From Chrysomallon squamiferum (lineage: Eukaryota > Animalia > Mollusca): a stretch of DNA of 64,000 bases. The stretch is taken from assembly GCA_012295275.1 (NCBI GenBank), contig CM022665.1:20584001-20648000 (forward strand), given 5' to 3'. Shown one piece after another: positions 34,699-47,700 of the stretch. The position numbers were made by a program, and so were the translations under genes. The notes beneath the pieces were generated by a model that was not told the DNA's origin, did not search any database, and was given only the letters and a program-made list of their open reading frames with translations. How positions within the stretch are numbered: the first letter of the stretch is position 1; each line of letters opens with the position of its first letter.

Positions 34699-36385
34699 CT
34701 AGTTTGGTCTCGACTTTGGTCTCGATGAATTCCACTGAGAATCGGGGTTCACCTTCTCTGCCGATGATGGTAATCGACGTTTTGTTGGTCCACGTTGCAC
34801 CTGACGTGCACGCTGACCAAACCCGAGACACTGCAGTGATTCCGTGATGTAGCGTTTAGACGGAGAAACACACAGCAGCACCAGCAGTTTTGCATCACCT
34901 CCTAAAAACATATATAAAAAAATGGTTAGTAAGTATGTGAATAATCATTTTGTAATTGAAATTTAATTCTAATATATAATTTTGTTAGTGAGTGAGTTAA
35001 TATTAATTTTATTTATTTATTTATTTGAAATCTAATTTTAATGTCAATAGATATTAGGTATCAGTAAAAACAAACATGCTACTGTTACTCATGGGCTATT
35101 CTTACTGATTAGCAAGAAGGAAACTGTTTTTTTGCTCTTCTCATAGACAGGAGAAAAATACAACAGAATTTTATTCACAGCAACAGGCCAGAACAGAGAA
35201 ACACTTAAATAGTATTTGAAGAAGTAAATAAAATTACCTATAGAGTCTTGTAACATATGAGTCAGACGACTGTTCCGGTAAGGAACATGTGTTCTCTGTT
35301 CTGAAAGGGCTCCTAGAACATCAGCAAGTGCAGACAGACTTTTGTTGATGTACGATGCTTCTCGCAGAGCTATCCCTTTCACACCTGACATACCTGTAAA
35401 CATTGTTAATATTGATAATTATATTAATATACAATGTATTTTTTCACTTCATGTATTTCTCCTAATATATAATTCAACATATTTCTTAATAAAACATGAA
35501 CATAATAATATATGATATATCTATTACAAAATGTATAACACATTTGACACATTAAATCATATGCCATCACTAAACTTGTTCAGTCCTAAGATGCTCATAC
35601 AAAAACAAACAGAGAGATGAATGGATGAGGAGTTATAATATAAAACAAATTATAATAATAAATAAAATAAATATATGATTGAATAAATGAATATATGAAT
35701 GAATGAATCAATAAATCCACAAATAAAGAAAGAAAGAAAGAATAAATAAATAAATAAAAATTTATATACATACCAACACATTCATTTCCAGCCAAATCCA
35801 CAAGCTGGAGTTTAGTTTTTATAATAGGTGCTGGCTGATTGGCTGGTAGAGAGAGGTCAGAAGTCACAGAGAATGACCTACTTTTCCTTGGTGATCCTTG
35901 TACACCAGCTGTGAAGAAAAAAAAACAAATGGTTTTCTATCTTGAGTTGAAAAATATGATTTTACAACTTATAGTTAGATAGTTTGTCCACAATATCACT
36001 AACCCTAACCCTAAATCTAACCTAAACACAGTCCTAGGCTTAACCCTAGCCCAAACACTAAAGCCAATATTAATCCTAACCTAAACCCATACCCAAACCC
36101 TAACTCTACCCAAACCCTAACTCTAACCCAAACACTAAACCCTAATCCTAGCTCTAGCTGAAACCCTATCCCTAACCCTAATCCTAATTTGAATTATTAC
36201 TAACTTATGATATATGAAAAAAAGAATATTTAGATTTTTTTGGAACACTTCAGAAACAAAATAAAAAACACAGTAACATGGGAGTATATAGCATGTCACC
36301 ACTATATAAAACAAACCAAATACAGTCACACATTATATATTTATATATATATTGAGGGGTTAGAACCAGAAGGTCTTAAGTGCAT

Positions 36386-36433
<48 letters not shown>

Positions 36434-39073
36434 GTACTTAAAACCTTCTGGCTCTAACCCCTCAAATTATTAAGATGACTGGTTAAATTCATATCAATTA
36501 ATAGTGTTCTTACTGTCAGACGTCAGCATTGGTGATGATGATGCTGTGATTGCCGATGAGAAGAAACTTGGAGCTTTAGAGATAACTGTAAGTGTGACGA
36601 CGAGGTGAGACCGACTGGAGTGATCATGTACAAGTGTTGCAGACTCACGCCGTGTACGCAGACCACGTTGAACAAGACACATCACATCATAGACTGAATC
36701 TACAGGCCTGTACAAACAGAATTGTGTTGTTGTTTTTTAAAATGTGAAATGAGTAGTTTGATAATTTCTTGCTGTTGAACAAGACGCATTACATTACAAA
36801 CAGAATCTACAGGCCTGTTCAAACAAAATAATATTTTGGGGTCATTTGGTAATTTTTAGGCATCATTTTCAACAAGCTTTATCTTTCTTTTTAAAAGATT
36901 ACCATCAAATGAATTTCAACTGTATGCAGCATGTACACATCTAAATGAGGAAGTTTCTGCTAAAGGGGGAGAACTCTGTCAACAATTAGTTTTGTTGTCT
37001 GTTCAATCAGTGATTATATGATTGTACTTCAAAATGACCTGATGACCTTAAGTAAAATTTCTTCATCAACAGCTGCAGGCAAGAATGAAAAGGTGTGCCA
37101 GTGTAAAAATCTGGACTTCATAATGTGCATTTTGATGATCATTTACACAGATATATTTGTAATGGTTAACAATACTTATATTTATAAACCCATATTATAA
37201 GATTCAGAATTCAGAAACTTTTATATTTATTTATTTCCAAGCTTAAAAAACATGCAAACTTGTCATTTTTCACACCTGTTTCTGTTCTGTTTTATAAGCT
37301 TAGACAACTCAATAAAGAAATAACTTCATTGTACAGGTAGTTTATCTACTCCTAGCTAACCAAGTTAAAATATTACCTTGAAGTGACTGTTGGTAAGTTG
37401 ACACCATTGTCAGGTCCTGTGACAACTTCGTGTTTGATGTTGGGATCTCTGCTGAGGAGATCTCGAATGTCATTGTTGTAGATTTCTACTACAGAAACTT
37501 CCAATGTGTGACTTCCTTCTGGCTTCTCGGAAACTAGTCTAAATATACACATTCTTTTATTTTAGTAACACATCTAAATAAACACAACCTTTTACTTTAA
37601 TAACATATTATAAAACTCAAAAATCAAATGTTTGTGTAATAACTAGTTATATTTATAAAATGTAATTCTAAAATTTTAAATAAAGTTTTTTTATTTTAAA
37701 TTTAAAAATCAACACCTTAAAAGTAAAAAAAAAAAAAGAATAAAAATGTTATCATTTCTTGAAAAAAAAAACTATCTGATCACATTTAATTATTAGAATT
37801 AATAACATTTTGGCAATGCTCCAATCAAATTTATTGCTGTAATAAAATTAGAAATAAAATCTAATTTAGTGATTTATTAAAATTTAAATTTAAAAATAAA
37901 ACAAACCTGAAGAGTTCGCGGGTAGCTCTAGGAATGACTCCCTCATCAGGATGCATTTCCTGACTTGGGTTGTATTCATCATCCTGGTGACTTCCTAACA
38001 TGGTGTGTGTTTTTCCACTTCCTGTCTGCCCATATGCCATGATACAGATGTTGTACCTACATGAATTAAAAAAAAAAAAACATGATGTTGTACCTGACAT
38101 GAATTAAAATTTAAAAAAAACATGAAGTATTTTTCCATCTGTCCATGCACCATGATTCTGATGTTGTAGCTATAACAATTAAAATTTAAACAAAACACAG
38201 AAATATTTTCCTGTCTGCCTATATGCCATAATGCAGATGTTGTTGCCATAACAATTAAATTTAAAAAAAAAAACATGAATATTTTTCCATCTGCCCATAC
38301 ACTACAGTACAAAAGCTATAGCCACAGAAATTAAAATAATAAAAATCATACCCTTTTCAACTTTCTGACATAAAACCTACTTATTTCTGAAGTATTATGC
38401 AATAAGATGCAAAATTTTTTACTTCATTTAGCCAATTTTTGGTAGGAAGTCATCTTTTTGCAAGAAAAATGTAGTTGAACAACTTTTTCAACCTTGTAAT
38501 TATTATTTTATGAGAATTATCTATTTAAAATGAATAGTTTATTTTATTTCTGTGAGCCATCCTGATTATTTGGATAATAAACACTTTCTAGCAAATCAAT
38601 GCTCAAATCTGATGTTCATTTTCTGCAAATAGCATGGTTGATTATGTAATGACTCAAAGTTGAATATCTCCAGAACTAAATAAGATAACTGAAATGTTTT
38701 TTTGTTCAACTTTTTTCATTGCATTTAACTCAATAATAACATAAATCTGTCATGATTTTCACAGTTTACAATTAAAAACAATCTTCCTACCCATCCAAAA
38801 GTGATGTAAGCATCGGCTGAACTTCATCAAAAACATTCTCCTGTACTTCTGATGGACCAAACACCCTACAAGAAAATATTTAATATTTAGTTAGTGTAGT
38901 TGTGTTGGTGTGATACTGCCTTAACACTTACTTATAAGTGACTCATTTTAAATAAGAAAAGAAAAAGGCATTTATCATGAACCACAACAGACATGTGATA
39001 GTTTATTGTTAGCAAAGATATGCATCTAAAATGAGGGAAGAGAAAAAACAACTATTTTATTTATTTATTTATC

Positions 39074-39110
<37 letters not shown>

Positions 39111-39354
39111 TAATATCTTCTGGAAGAGCTATAAAAAACCCAGCAGACATAGCTTCTTAAAATTAATATTACTAATTACTCCCAGAGAACCAGCAGATTT
39201 GAACTGTGGCTTTTTACATGTGTTAAAATGGAGGTCTGTATATTTGTTTCAAGCAAAGTGATGTATAAAAACAACAAACGTAATAAAATGTACCCACCTC
39301 TCATACTCAAACACTTTAGTTGTGTTTGCTGGTTTTCACACAGACATTCTCCTG

Positions 39355-39403
<49 letters not shown>

Positions 39404-41310
39404 GATAAAAAAAAAAAAATCAAACAAATCTGAGGGAAATAAAATTTATCACAAAATAATAATAAGAATAAAAATAATAATTAAAAAAAAAAAAATTAAG
39501 AATTAAATAAACACACACATAAAGAACAACTTTAAAACATTTATTTGGGAAGGTGTCTGAGTGTTATAAAGTATAAAGAAGATAAATATAATAAAATATT
39601 ATACATTTTTATTTTTTAACTTAATAATTAGAAGAGGACAGCTAGGGGTGGGGGAAGACATTTCTATGGCAGTATGTAGAAGACTGACTTCATTTTATGA
39701 ACACAGACATTAAAAGATTTCTAAAAAATGCAATAATAATAATAATAGCAATAAAAGAAACAGAATATATATTTATTTATTTATAAATGTATACAAATAC
39801 ACTCATACATACATTACTCACATGCTTAATTATACACACAAAACACACAGTCACAAATACACATCTAACATAAAAATAGTTACATTTAGGATTTTTAAAT
39901 ATTTGTTAAGTAAAGATTTTTCATACTCACATCATCAACAAAGTGAACAACAACTTCAGATTTAGATCCTGGTCTAAGAAACAATAACAACAACAACTAC
40001 AACAACAACACCAAGTAAAAAAATAAAAAAAAAAAAAAAATATAATAATAATAAAAATAAAAATAAAAAAGAATATTACATAATATATATATATATTCAA
40101 ATATTTTTTTCAAAAATGTAATGTCAAAATAGAGAAATTTATTTTACAAATGTTTAGCCTGTTAATGACCTAAATATTACAGGACACATAATTTTTTTAT
40201 TTGATTTTATTGATTTCCATAAAAAATTTTTAAATTTAGAATTTAAACAATAATAACATTATCTCTCAAGTTCAGTATAATATCTGAAATGTAGAAGACA
40301 AAACCAACTTTCCAAGAGTAGCTATGTCTTCTGTAGCACAGTCAAACTCCATCACTGGTCGAAGTCTGCAGTGTACTCGAATGTTTCCACGTAATTCCTG
40401 AAGACAAATCAACCCAGTGTATTATACTAGAATATTAACATACTGTAAAATCACATTAATATTATTCTTAATCATGTGAGTTTAATGTTTTAATGGATTT
40501 TCTATTAAAGTGTAATATTTACATCAAAATACCTGGCAGAAGATGTGGATCAGTTACAGGGAACATTCTGAAGAACAATAGTTACCAAGACGATTTTTCT
40601 TTTTAGATAATAACAAATAAATATATGTATGCATTTTTCTATTTATTTATTTATTTATTTATTTATTTATTTTATTTATTTGCTTATTTATAGACACACA
40701 CACTTACACATATATATTTCTGTCTGTATATATAAAAAGACAAGTTTCCATCACGGGTGCCATTAACTCAAGATTTAGCAGAGGTAGGTTTTCTCTCTCA
40801 CAGCATAAAACCCCCCCCAAAAAAACAAGAACAAAATACCCCTAAGATATCTGCTCTAAGAGCTACTTTTTTCAATTAGCAGCAAAGAATATTTTATCTT
40901 TTACACTATCCTAATAATGATAGGAAAGAATTCTTTGAAAAAGGAGTTTCACTAGAACAGGAAATAGCTCAGTGGACACAAATGTTTAATGTTTTACCAT
41001 GAGCATGTTGTGTAAGTTTTGTCTTCTTTTCTTCTCTTTGCTGTGTCTCTCACTGACATCTTTCAAATCTGACTGCAGCTGCAGAATTTGATTCTGAAGA
41101 GCTGAAATGGTTAGAGAAAAAAAAATATGTATGTATATAAAATATAAAGCATATCCTGTGTTACGTCAAAATGTCCAATGTCCAATTTGCCTTTACTTAA
41201 CTTTTCCATAGTATATTTCACTTCAGCAAATGTCATTTTATGTCAAAAACCAGATTACATTATGAATTTTGGAGCCAGTGAATGACATAGGGCAAAGATA
41301 TGATTTTTAT

Positions 41311-41341
<31 letters not shown>

Positions 41342-42602
41342 ATTGTTTATAAAATTTATAATTGTTAGAAAATTAATGTCAAATTATAAATTGTAATGCA
41401 ATAATTTTACTTTAAATTTAAAAAGTTAATTAAAATAACAATGATAAAAATAAGAAGATAAATAAATAAATAATGAAAGCAAAAATAATAAACAAGAAAA
41501 CAAATAAATAAATAAATAAAAAACTCTGAAATTAATATAAATATGAATATATATATATTTATTTATTTTTACACACACACACACACATATATAAAACTTA
41601 CTTCTGATTCCAGTTGACTGGTCATGGAAGACTGCTGTGTGTTGTTGTAAGACGCTGGTGACATGTTGTAGTTGTTCATTCACTTGTTGAGGCACTAAGC
41701 TGGCCACACTCATCACCTGATTCAGTTCTGCTTTCAGTTGCTAAAAAAACAAAACAAAATAACATCTTATACCAGTGATTCATCCATAACAGAGAGAGCC
41801 AGGCAGTTATCTCTGACAATTGACTGGGAATTTTGGTTTGGATTAAAATCTAAAACAAAATGAAAATTCTTATTGCTGGTGATATATCATAGAAAGAGAG
41901 AGAGAGAGACAAGCAAAGTTGTCTGGTACTCCATACAACTGACTGCAAATTTCGATGTAAACTAAAAACAAAACATTTAACTGTTATTGCAAGTGATATG
42001 TCCACGACAGAAAGAGCTAGGCTAAGTTATCTCCAAGCAACTGACTGGAAATTTCAATGAAAACAAAAACAAAATGAGAATCTTTACTGTTACTATCAGT
42101 GATATATCCATGGAGACAAAGCCAGGCAAAGTGGTCTGTTTCTCCATACCAATGACTAGAAATGTCTACATATAGTAAAAACAAAAACAAATCATCTTAT
42201 AGCAGTGATATGTCCATGACAAAGAGAGACAGGCAAATTTGTCTATTTCTGCACATGACTGGCAGGAAATTCTGACACATTAAAAATACTAATACTTTTT
42301 CCACTGAGATGTCCATCTTAGACTGAGCCTAACAAAGTTATCCAGATCAACAAAATACTGACTGGATATTTTTACATATGACTTTTTTGACTGGTGTAGA
42401 TAATGCCTGGTATTTGAAATGTCCAGTAAGGAAAGCTATCAGCGCTCAGATCTTTAAAATTATCTTTCTTCTAACCTTTATTCAAGCACTGCAGATTTTC
42501 TAGGCATGACCTTATTCTGCTAACAAGTGCAACAAGACCAGCATCAGAAGTGTGAATCCCATAAACAGAAGCAATAAAAGGAAAAAATAAACAAATAAAT
42601 AA

Positions 42603-42638
<36 letters not shown>

Positions 42639-42981
42639 CTTTAAAACATTAATAAAACAAATGTTCACCTTGATTTCTTCCTTCAACTTAGATGCTTGAG
42701 AATAAACATGATTACGAAATTTTTTCTCAGTTTTGTACTTAGCAATTGCATCTGCCAGCTCTTCACGGCTTGTCTGAAGTGACCCATGCAGCTGTGCTAG
42801 TTTCAGATACAGCATAGCATTTTCTGTTTCCAGGGCAACAATTCTCTCATCCTTTTTCTGAAATAAACCAAATTAAGCTGAATTATTTCTTTCTTTTTTT
42901 TTTTTTTTTTTATCATTAGTTTAAAAACACAAATTAAATTAAGAAAATAAATTGAAAATAAAAGTGTAGGAAGAACTGAAC

Positions 42982-43047
<66 letters not shown>

Positions 43048-43328
43048 CAGGTTTCGTTGATGTATATTGACTGTGTGTGTTGTAGGTTTGTTTCTATACG
43101 TGTTTCATATTATTTATTTGTTTAATTATTATCATTATTATTATTATTACCCTATGACAGACAATAATCTAGATTAAGTTTACTTAGTTTAAAGAACTGC
43201 AGTGTTAGGAACTTCGGAGACAATAATTATAAATTGATCAAGAAAACTGGCTGACATACTCTTAACTGTTTCTCATTTTCTTTCACTCTGCCTGACAGGA
43301 AACTACTTCTGTCTATTCCAAGAGGCAT
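34699..43328 (-). CDS. KIF25: Kinesin-14 family C-terminal motor, KIF25-like, 14 exons, ~586 aa; one apparent +1 frameshift in exon 7
   Basis: Exons: 43328-43260, 42857-42669, 41740-41602, 41101-40998, 40397-40309, 39973-39931, 39351-39298, 38865-38791, 38056-37907, 37538-37377, 36707-36514, 35908-35774, 35393-35238, 34901-34699. It has an N-terminal coiled coil, the neck [11 protein letters not shown] and the P-loop [11 protein letters not shown]25-type segments include [35 protein letters not shown] and [13 protein letters not shown]. Confidence 0.9.
35090..35200 (+). repeat. Degenerate copy of a dispersed repeat (related copy at 40860-40978)
   Basis: The two sites share gctattcttactgattagca / gctacttttttcaattagcagcaa followed by agaacagagaaa / agaacaggaaatagctc. 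Both are highly decayed. Confidence 0.35.
36000..36186 (+). repeat. Degenerate (TAACCC)n telomere-like tract in a KIF25 intron
   Basis: aaccctaaccctaaatctaacc...cctaaccctaatcctaa, with a 6-bp period. Confidence 0.8.
36352..36465. repeat. 37-bp inverted repeat with a (TA)n spacer (fold-back or MITE-like)
   Basis: ttgaggggttagaaccagaaggtcttaagtgcattta matches the reverse complement of taaatgtacttaaaaccttctggctctaacccctcaa with 3 mismatches. Confidence 0.9.
36665..36830 (-). repeat. Single 107-bp-offset duplication of the KIF25 exon 11 acceptor junction
   Basis: The decoy acag|g cct gta gat tct gtt tgt aat gta atg cgt ctt gtt caa (36814) compares with the real acag|g cct gta gat tca gtc tat gat gtg atg tgt ctt gtt caa (36707). 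Confidence 0.9.
38010..38340 (-). repeat. Four degenerate copies of the KIF25 exon 9 acceptor junction (P-loop exon start)
   Basis: The copies translate as [26 protein letters not shown] and [10 protein letters not shown], versus the real [12 protein letters not shown]. Confidence 0.9.
41742..42380. repeat. Degenerate ~105-bp tandem array (about 6 copies) abutting the KIF25 exon 3 acceptor
   Basis: Recurring agtgatatgtccat...agagag..aggcaaag...caactgactggaaatt...aaaaacaaaa. Confidence 0.8.
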
Positions 43329-43886
43329 TTTCACATTCAAAAGTGATTGAAACAAGTTTGAACATTTCACAATTTGTACGGGTAAACCACAGTCTCGACC
43401 ATCCAGATTGTTGCCACAAGAGAAGAACGAGACTAAACTTTATTTAGAGTTGTTTCCCTTATATCGTGCACGTTTCTTTTTAATTGTTTTTTTTTTTTTT
43501 TTTAAAGAATATAAGAATACAAAATGTGATTTCGTTTTTGTTGTTAATGGTAGAAGTAATTATTGCCTTCACATTCAGGTTAACTGATTACATTAAAAAT
43601 CATGATGATTCTAATAAAGAATAATGTCAAATAGTTATATTTTCCTAAAACTAGTAAAATTAAAAGTCGTATAGTAATACTAATAATATACAAATTTAAT
43701 TATTTAAAATTTTTAAATTTAATTTATTCATTTGTTTGTTCTTTGTTTATATAATTTATTGTATATGTTTTATTTGGATATACCTTTATTATTTTTTTTT
43801 TCTTAGCAAATGTTAAATGTTCACAAACGTAGGTTTCAATAAATAATAATAATAAAAAATACACACATATTATTTTAGTTATCCAG
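43329..43886. promoter_or_regulatory. Putative bidirectional promoter between KIF25 and TTLL12
   Basis: Divergent ATGs are ~560 bp apart, with a CpG-containing patch at 43375-43475. The TTLL12 ATG directly follows a CAG, so a 5' UTR intron is possible. Confidence 0.55.
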
Positions 43887-44735
43887 ATGGCTGAGATGCA
43901 GACTAAGAGTGTGGAATCGTCAGACGAATTGTCAGTTACCGAATTTGTTGAACTCCACAAACCACAGCTGATATCGTCAGGTGTTCCAGAAAGATACTGG
44001 TCAACTCTTTATGAAAAACTGAAATCGGAGGTCTGTACATTTTCGTCGTCATTATTTATCGTAACTGGAAAATCAATTAGATAGGTACAGCTATTAAACT
44101 TTAAACATTTAGAAAATTAAAATACAGTATATGTTTTCTTTCAGAATAATATGTATAAAAATTACTTGCTGGTAATTGATGATAATATCCTATATTTTGT
44201 CAATCATGAGATTTTGTCTGTTTGATTTTTTGTTTTTAATTAAAGGAATATGATGCTGGAGATTATTTTCAAATCATTCTTGAAGACATCACTGCTGATG
44301 ATGACCCTGATGCTGATGTAATTGACCACAGATGGAAAGTTGTTGTGTACAATGAAGAAGGAATTCAAGCATCATGATAGCAAACAGTAAATTTATTTAT
44401 TTATTTACATTTTATAAAAATTAATTTTATTTACATATTCATTTATTTATTTATTTATTTATTTTCCTTTTTTCTCATAAAATATATTTTTGTAGTTATT
44501 ATACATTATACAAACTTATGTCTAATTTTTAATTTTTATTTTTTTAGTAAATTTATTTTTGTTCATTTGTTTATAGTTACTAGTACTACCTCCACTACTA
44601 TTGCTATTGTTCTTGTTGTTATGAATTTGTTTATTATCATATACTTCCTATCTGTTTATTCATTCCTTATTTATTTTATTTACTTATTCATTCATTATTC
44701 ATTTATTAATTTATTAATTTATTAATTAATTAATT

Positions 44736-44768
<33 letters not shown>

Positions 44769-47700
44769 TTTTCCTTTTTTCTCATAAAATATTTTGTTTA
44801 GCTATTTTAGGTTAGACAAGCTTATATTTTATTTCAATTTTATTTGGTACCATGTTTTTTAGTTCATTTGTTTATTATTGCTAGTAATACTTCCACTACT
44901 TCTGCTACCGTTCTTGTTGTTATGTATCTGTTTATTATTTTATACTTCCTATTTGTTTATTCATTCCTTATTTATTTATTTATTTATTATTATTTTTATT
45001 TATTTACTTATTTATTCACTTATTTAGTTGTTTGTTTCCAGTATCTACCTCATTGACCACGCGTGGACATTCCAAGTACAGAAAGCTCGTAAAAATTTGG
45101 AGGAAATTCCCAGCCTGCTGAAGAGAATGGTGCTGCTGATGGAAGTGGACAACTGTGAAACAGAGGAAGAGAAAATTGAGAAAGTTCTTGATGAAATGTG
45201 GAGGTATGATTATAAACAAACTAACAACAAGAACAAGAACAACAGTAATGATAAGTAAATAAAACAATTAGAGATAGTTTAATTTGGTTTTGAAAAAATG
45301 TAATTCATAAATAAACAAACAGTAAGTTAATAAACATAATAATAGTTGTTATAGAGGTAAAAGTTTTAATAATTACAACAATAATGAAAATAATAATTAT
45401 ATATTTATTTATTTATTTAAAAACTTTGAACTTGTCTGGAAATGCTTCTATGAACATAACATCAGTTTAATAAATTCAAAGCACTTTACTGTCTGAAATT
45501 TTACATTTTATTCTGTAGTTCTGTTATTTATTTATTTATTTATTTTTCTTATTTTTCTTAATAATGTTTTTTTTTTTTTTTTTTTTTGTCAGATTCAACC
45601 AGACATACAGATTTGGGAATTTTGAAAAGGTGAAAGTCACATTTTGTACAATTTATATTTTTATATCTTATGTATTAAATTAAATTTTAATTACATCCAT
45701 ATTAGTCCAGTAGTTAAAATAATTATAATTAATTTGACTAGACAAAATTTTGTCAGTCTGGTACAAACATAAATTTAAGCTCATTTATAATTGCACTCAA
45801 GTTGCTGTTATGTTTTTATGAACTATAATGAAAGGTACTGATGAAATGATATCAGCATGGTACAGATATAAAATTAAACTGATTACATACAAATTACTGT
45901 TGTATTTAAGGGTACAAATACAAAATAAAGATGTAATTACTCACTCACTAATATTGTATTTGATTTAATTATAATTAACAGTATGGATGCCAGTTTATTT
46001 GTTTGGTACAAATTAATCAAAGTTATAATTACGTCCTCACTGGTACAAACAGACAAGTCAATACCTGTATGGTACAAATATAAAATTATAATTTAGGGTA
46101 CAGATGAATCAATGCCAGTGTGGTACAAATGTAAAATTATAATTTAGGGTACAGATGAATCAATGCCAGTGTGGTACAAATGTAAAATTATAATTTAGGG
46201 TACAGATGAATCAATGCCAGTGTGGTACAAATGTAAAATTATAATTTAGGGTACAAATGAATCAATGCCAGTGTGGTACAAATGTAAAATTATAATTTAG
46301 GGTACAAATGAATCAATGCCAGTGTGGTACATTATGGATGAGTTTGGTTCACGTGTACAGCACAGTGATGAACCATCGTGTCGAATGGTTCCCTTTGTCT
46401 ATGCACCAACACAGATGGCGTTTACACTGATGTGGCCAACGAAAGATTTGGAACATGGAGGTATTTTATTTTAAATTTATCTATAACTGAACTTGAACTA
46501 TTATGCAGGAGGGGACCTTTCACCAGCAGCAACAAGGTCATGATAACCACCTTTATGTTCTTCAGTGGTCTTGTTCCATAACAGATCATTATAAGTACTT
46601 TAAATTTAACATCACTATCTGAGATCTGGATTAAAAAAAAATTAAGCAGTGTGACCCCTACTGGATTAGAAGCCCTGAAGTTTGAACAGTTATGGGGCCT
46701 CTTTGCAAGCAGCAATGAGTTCTGGGTAGCCATTGTTCTTTTCTTCAGTGTTCTTGTTCCATGAGAGGTCTCCATAAATTTGTGAAAAGAAATTAACTAC
46801 AGCATATCAGATTTGGATTAAAATTTTCAAGCAGTGTGAATTGAAGTCACTTCTAGGTCCTGTCAGGGATGAGGGGCCCTTGTTGAAGCTTAAACTGCAT
46901 TAAATTCATAATAAATCTGTGCCTGCCTGTCACAAGAAATCATAAAAAATTTCCATTTTAATTCCTTGTAACTTGTTTACTTTCTTCCTGCAAATTAAAC
47001 TGTTTTCTTTTTATTTGTATTGATGTTGCTTGAAATGTAAATGACATAGTTTTTACTCTGATCCAGTTGAAAAGATAATTGTGAAAATGATAATCAGTGG
47101 AGAATCTTTTCCACCTTTTCAAGTATCTGGTCTAATTGTTATTCTTTTTATTTCTTTTTAAGTGTTTTATGTACACACACACATATATGTAATTGTTCGT
47201 CTTTTTCTTCTTATTATTTAGGTATTTATTTATTTAATATTTATTTCTCCATGTTTTTTATTGTTGTTGTTGTTGTTGTTGTTGTTATTATTGTTATTAA
47301 TTTTAATTCCTAGATGAAGTGACAAGGAATTATGTAGAACTGAAATATGACAGTGAAATCAGGAAAGCCAAACTCTTACCGTGGGTGCACACAGACATGA
47401 CCTACATAGACTACCATCAGAGAGAACCTGACACAGACTACTTCACTCAGGTGTGTACTTCGTCTGTCACCATGGATACACCTCTGTCTTACACTACGTT
47501 ACCTGAACTTACCTATGTTAATTTTCAGTATTTCTGGTTTTTAAAAACAAAACTCAATTTGAACACATTTGTGTATGTCTCTTTAATTAACTGTAAATAT
47601 TGTTTGATCTGCAAAATGTATCTGATCAAAAACTATTTGGATACAGCATGAAATTAATATGGGGAATCATTTTCTGCAGTTTTAATTTCTGAATAGTTAC

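Noticed and set aside
36000-36186. A true telomere or chromosome fusion point
   Set aside because: The tract is short, highly degenerate, in a single orientation and inside an intron of a continuous gene.
44375-44380. Selenocysteine or stop read-through at the in-frame TGA of TTLL12
   Set aside because: The TGA is followed by TAG and the exon phase is still off by one, so read-through alone cannot restore the protein.
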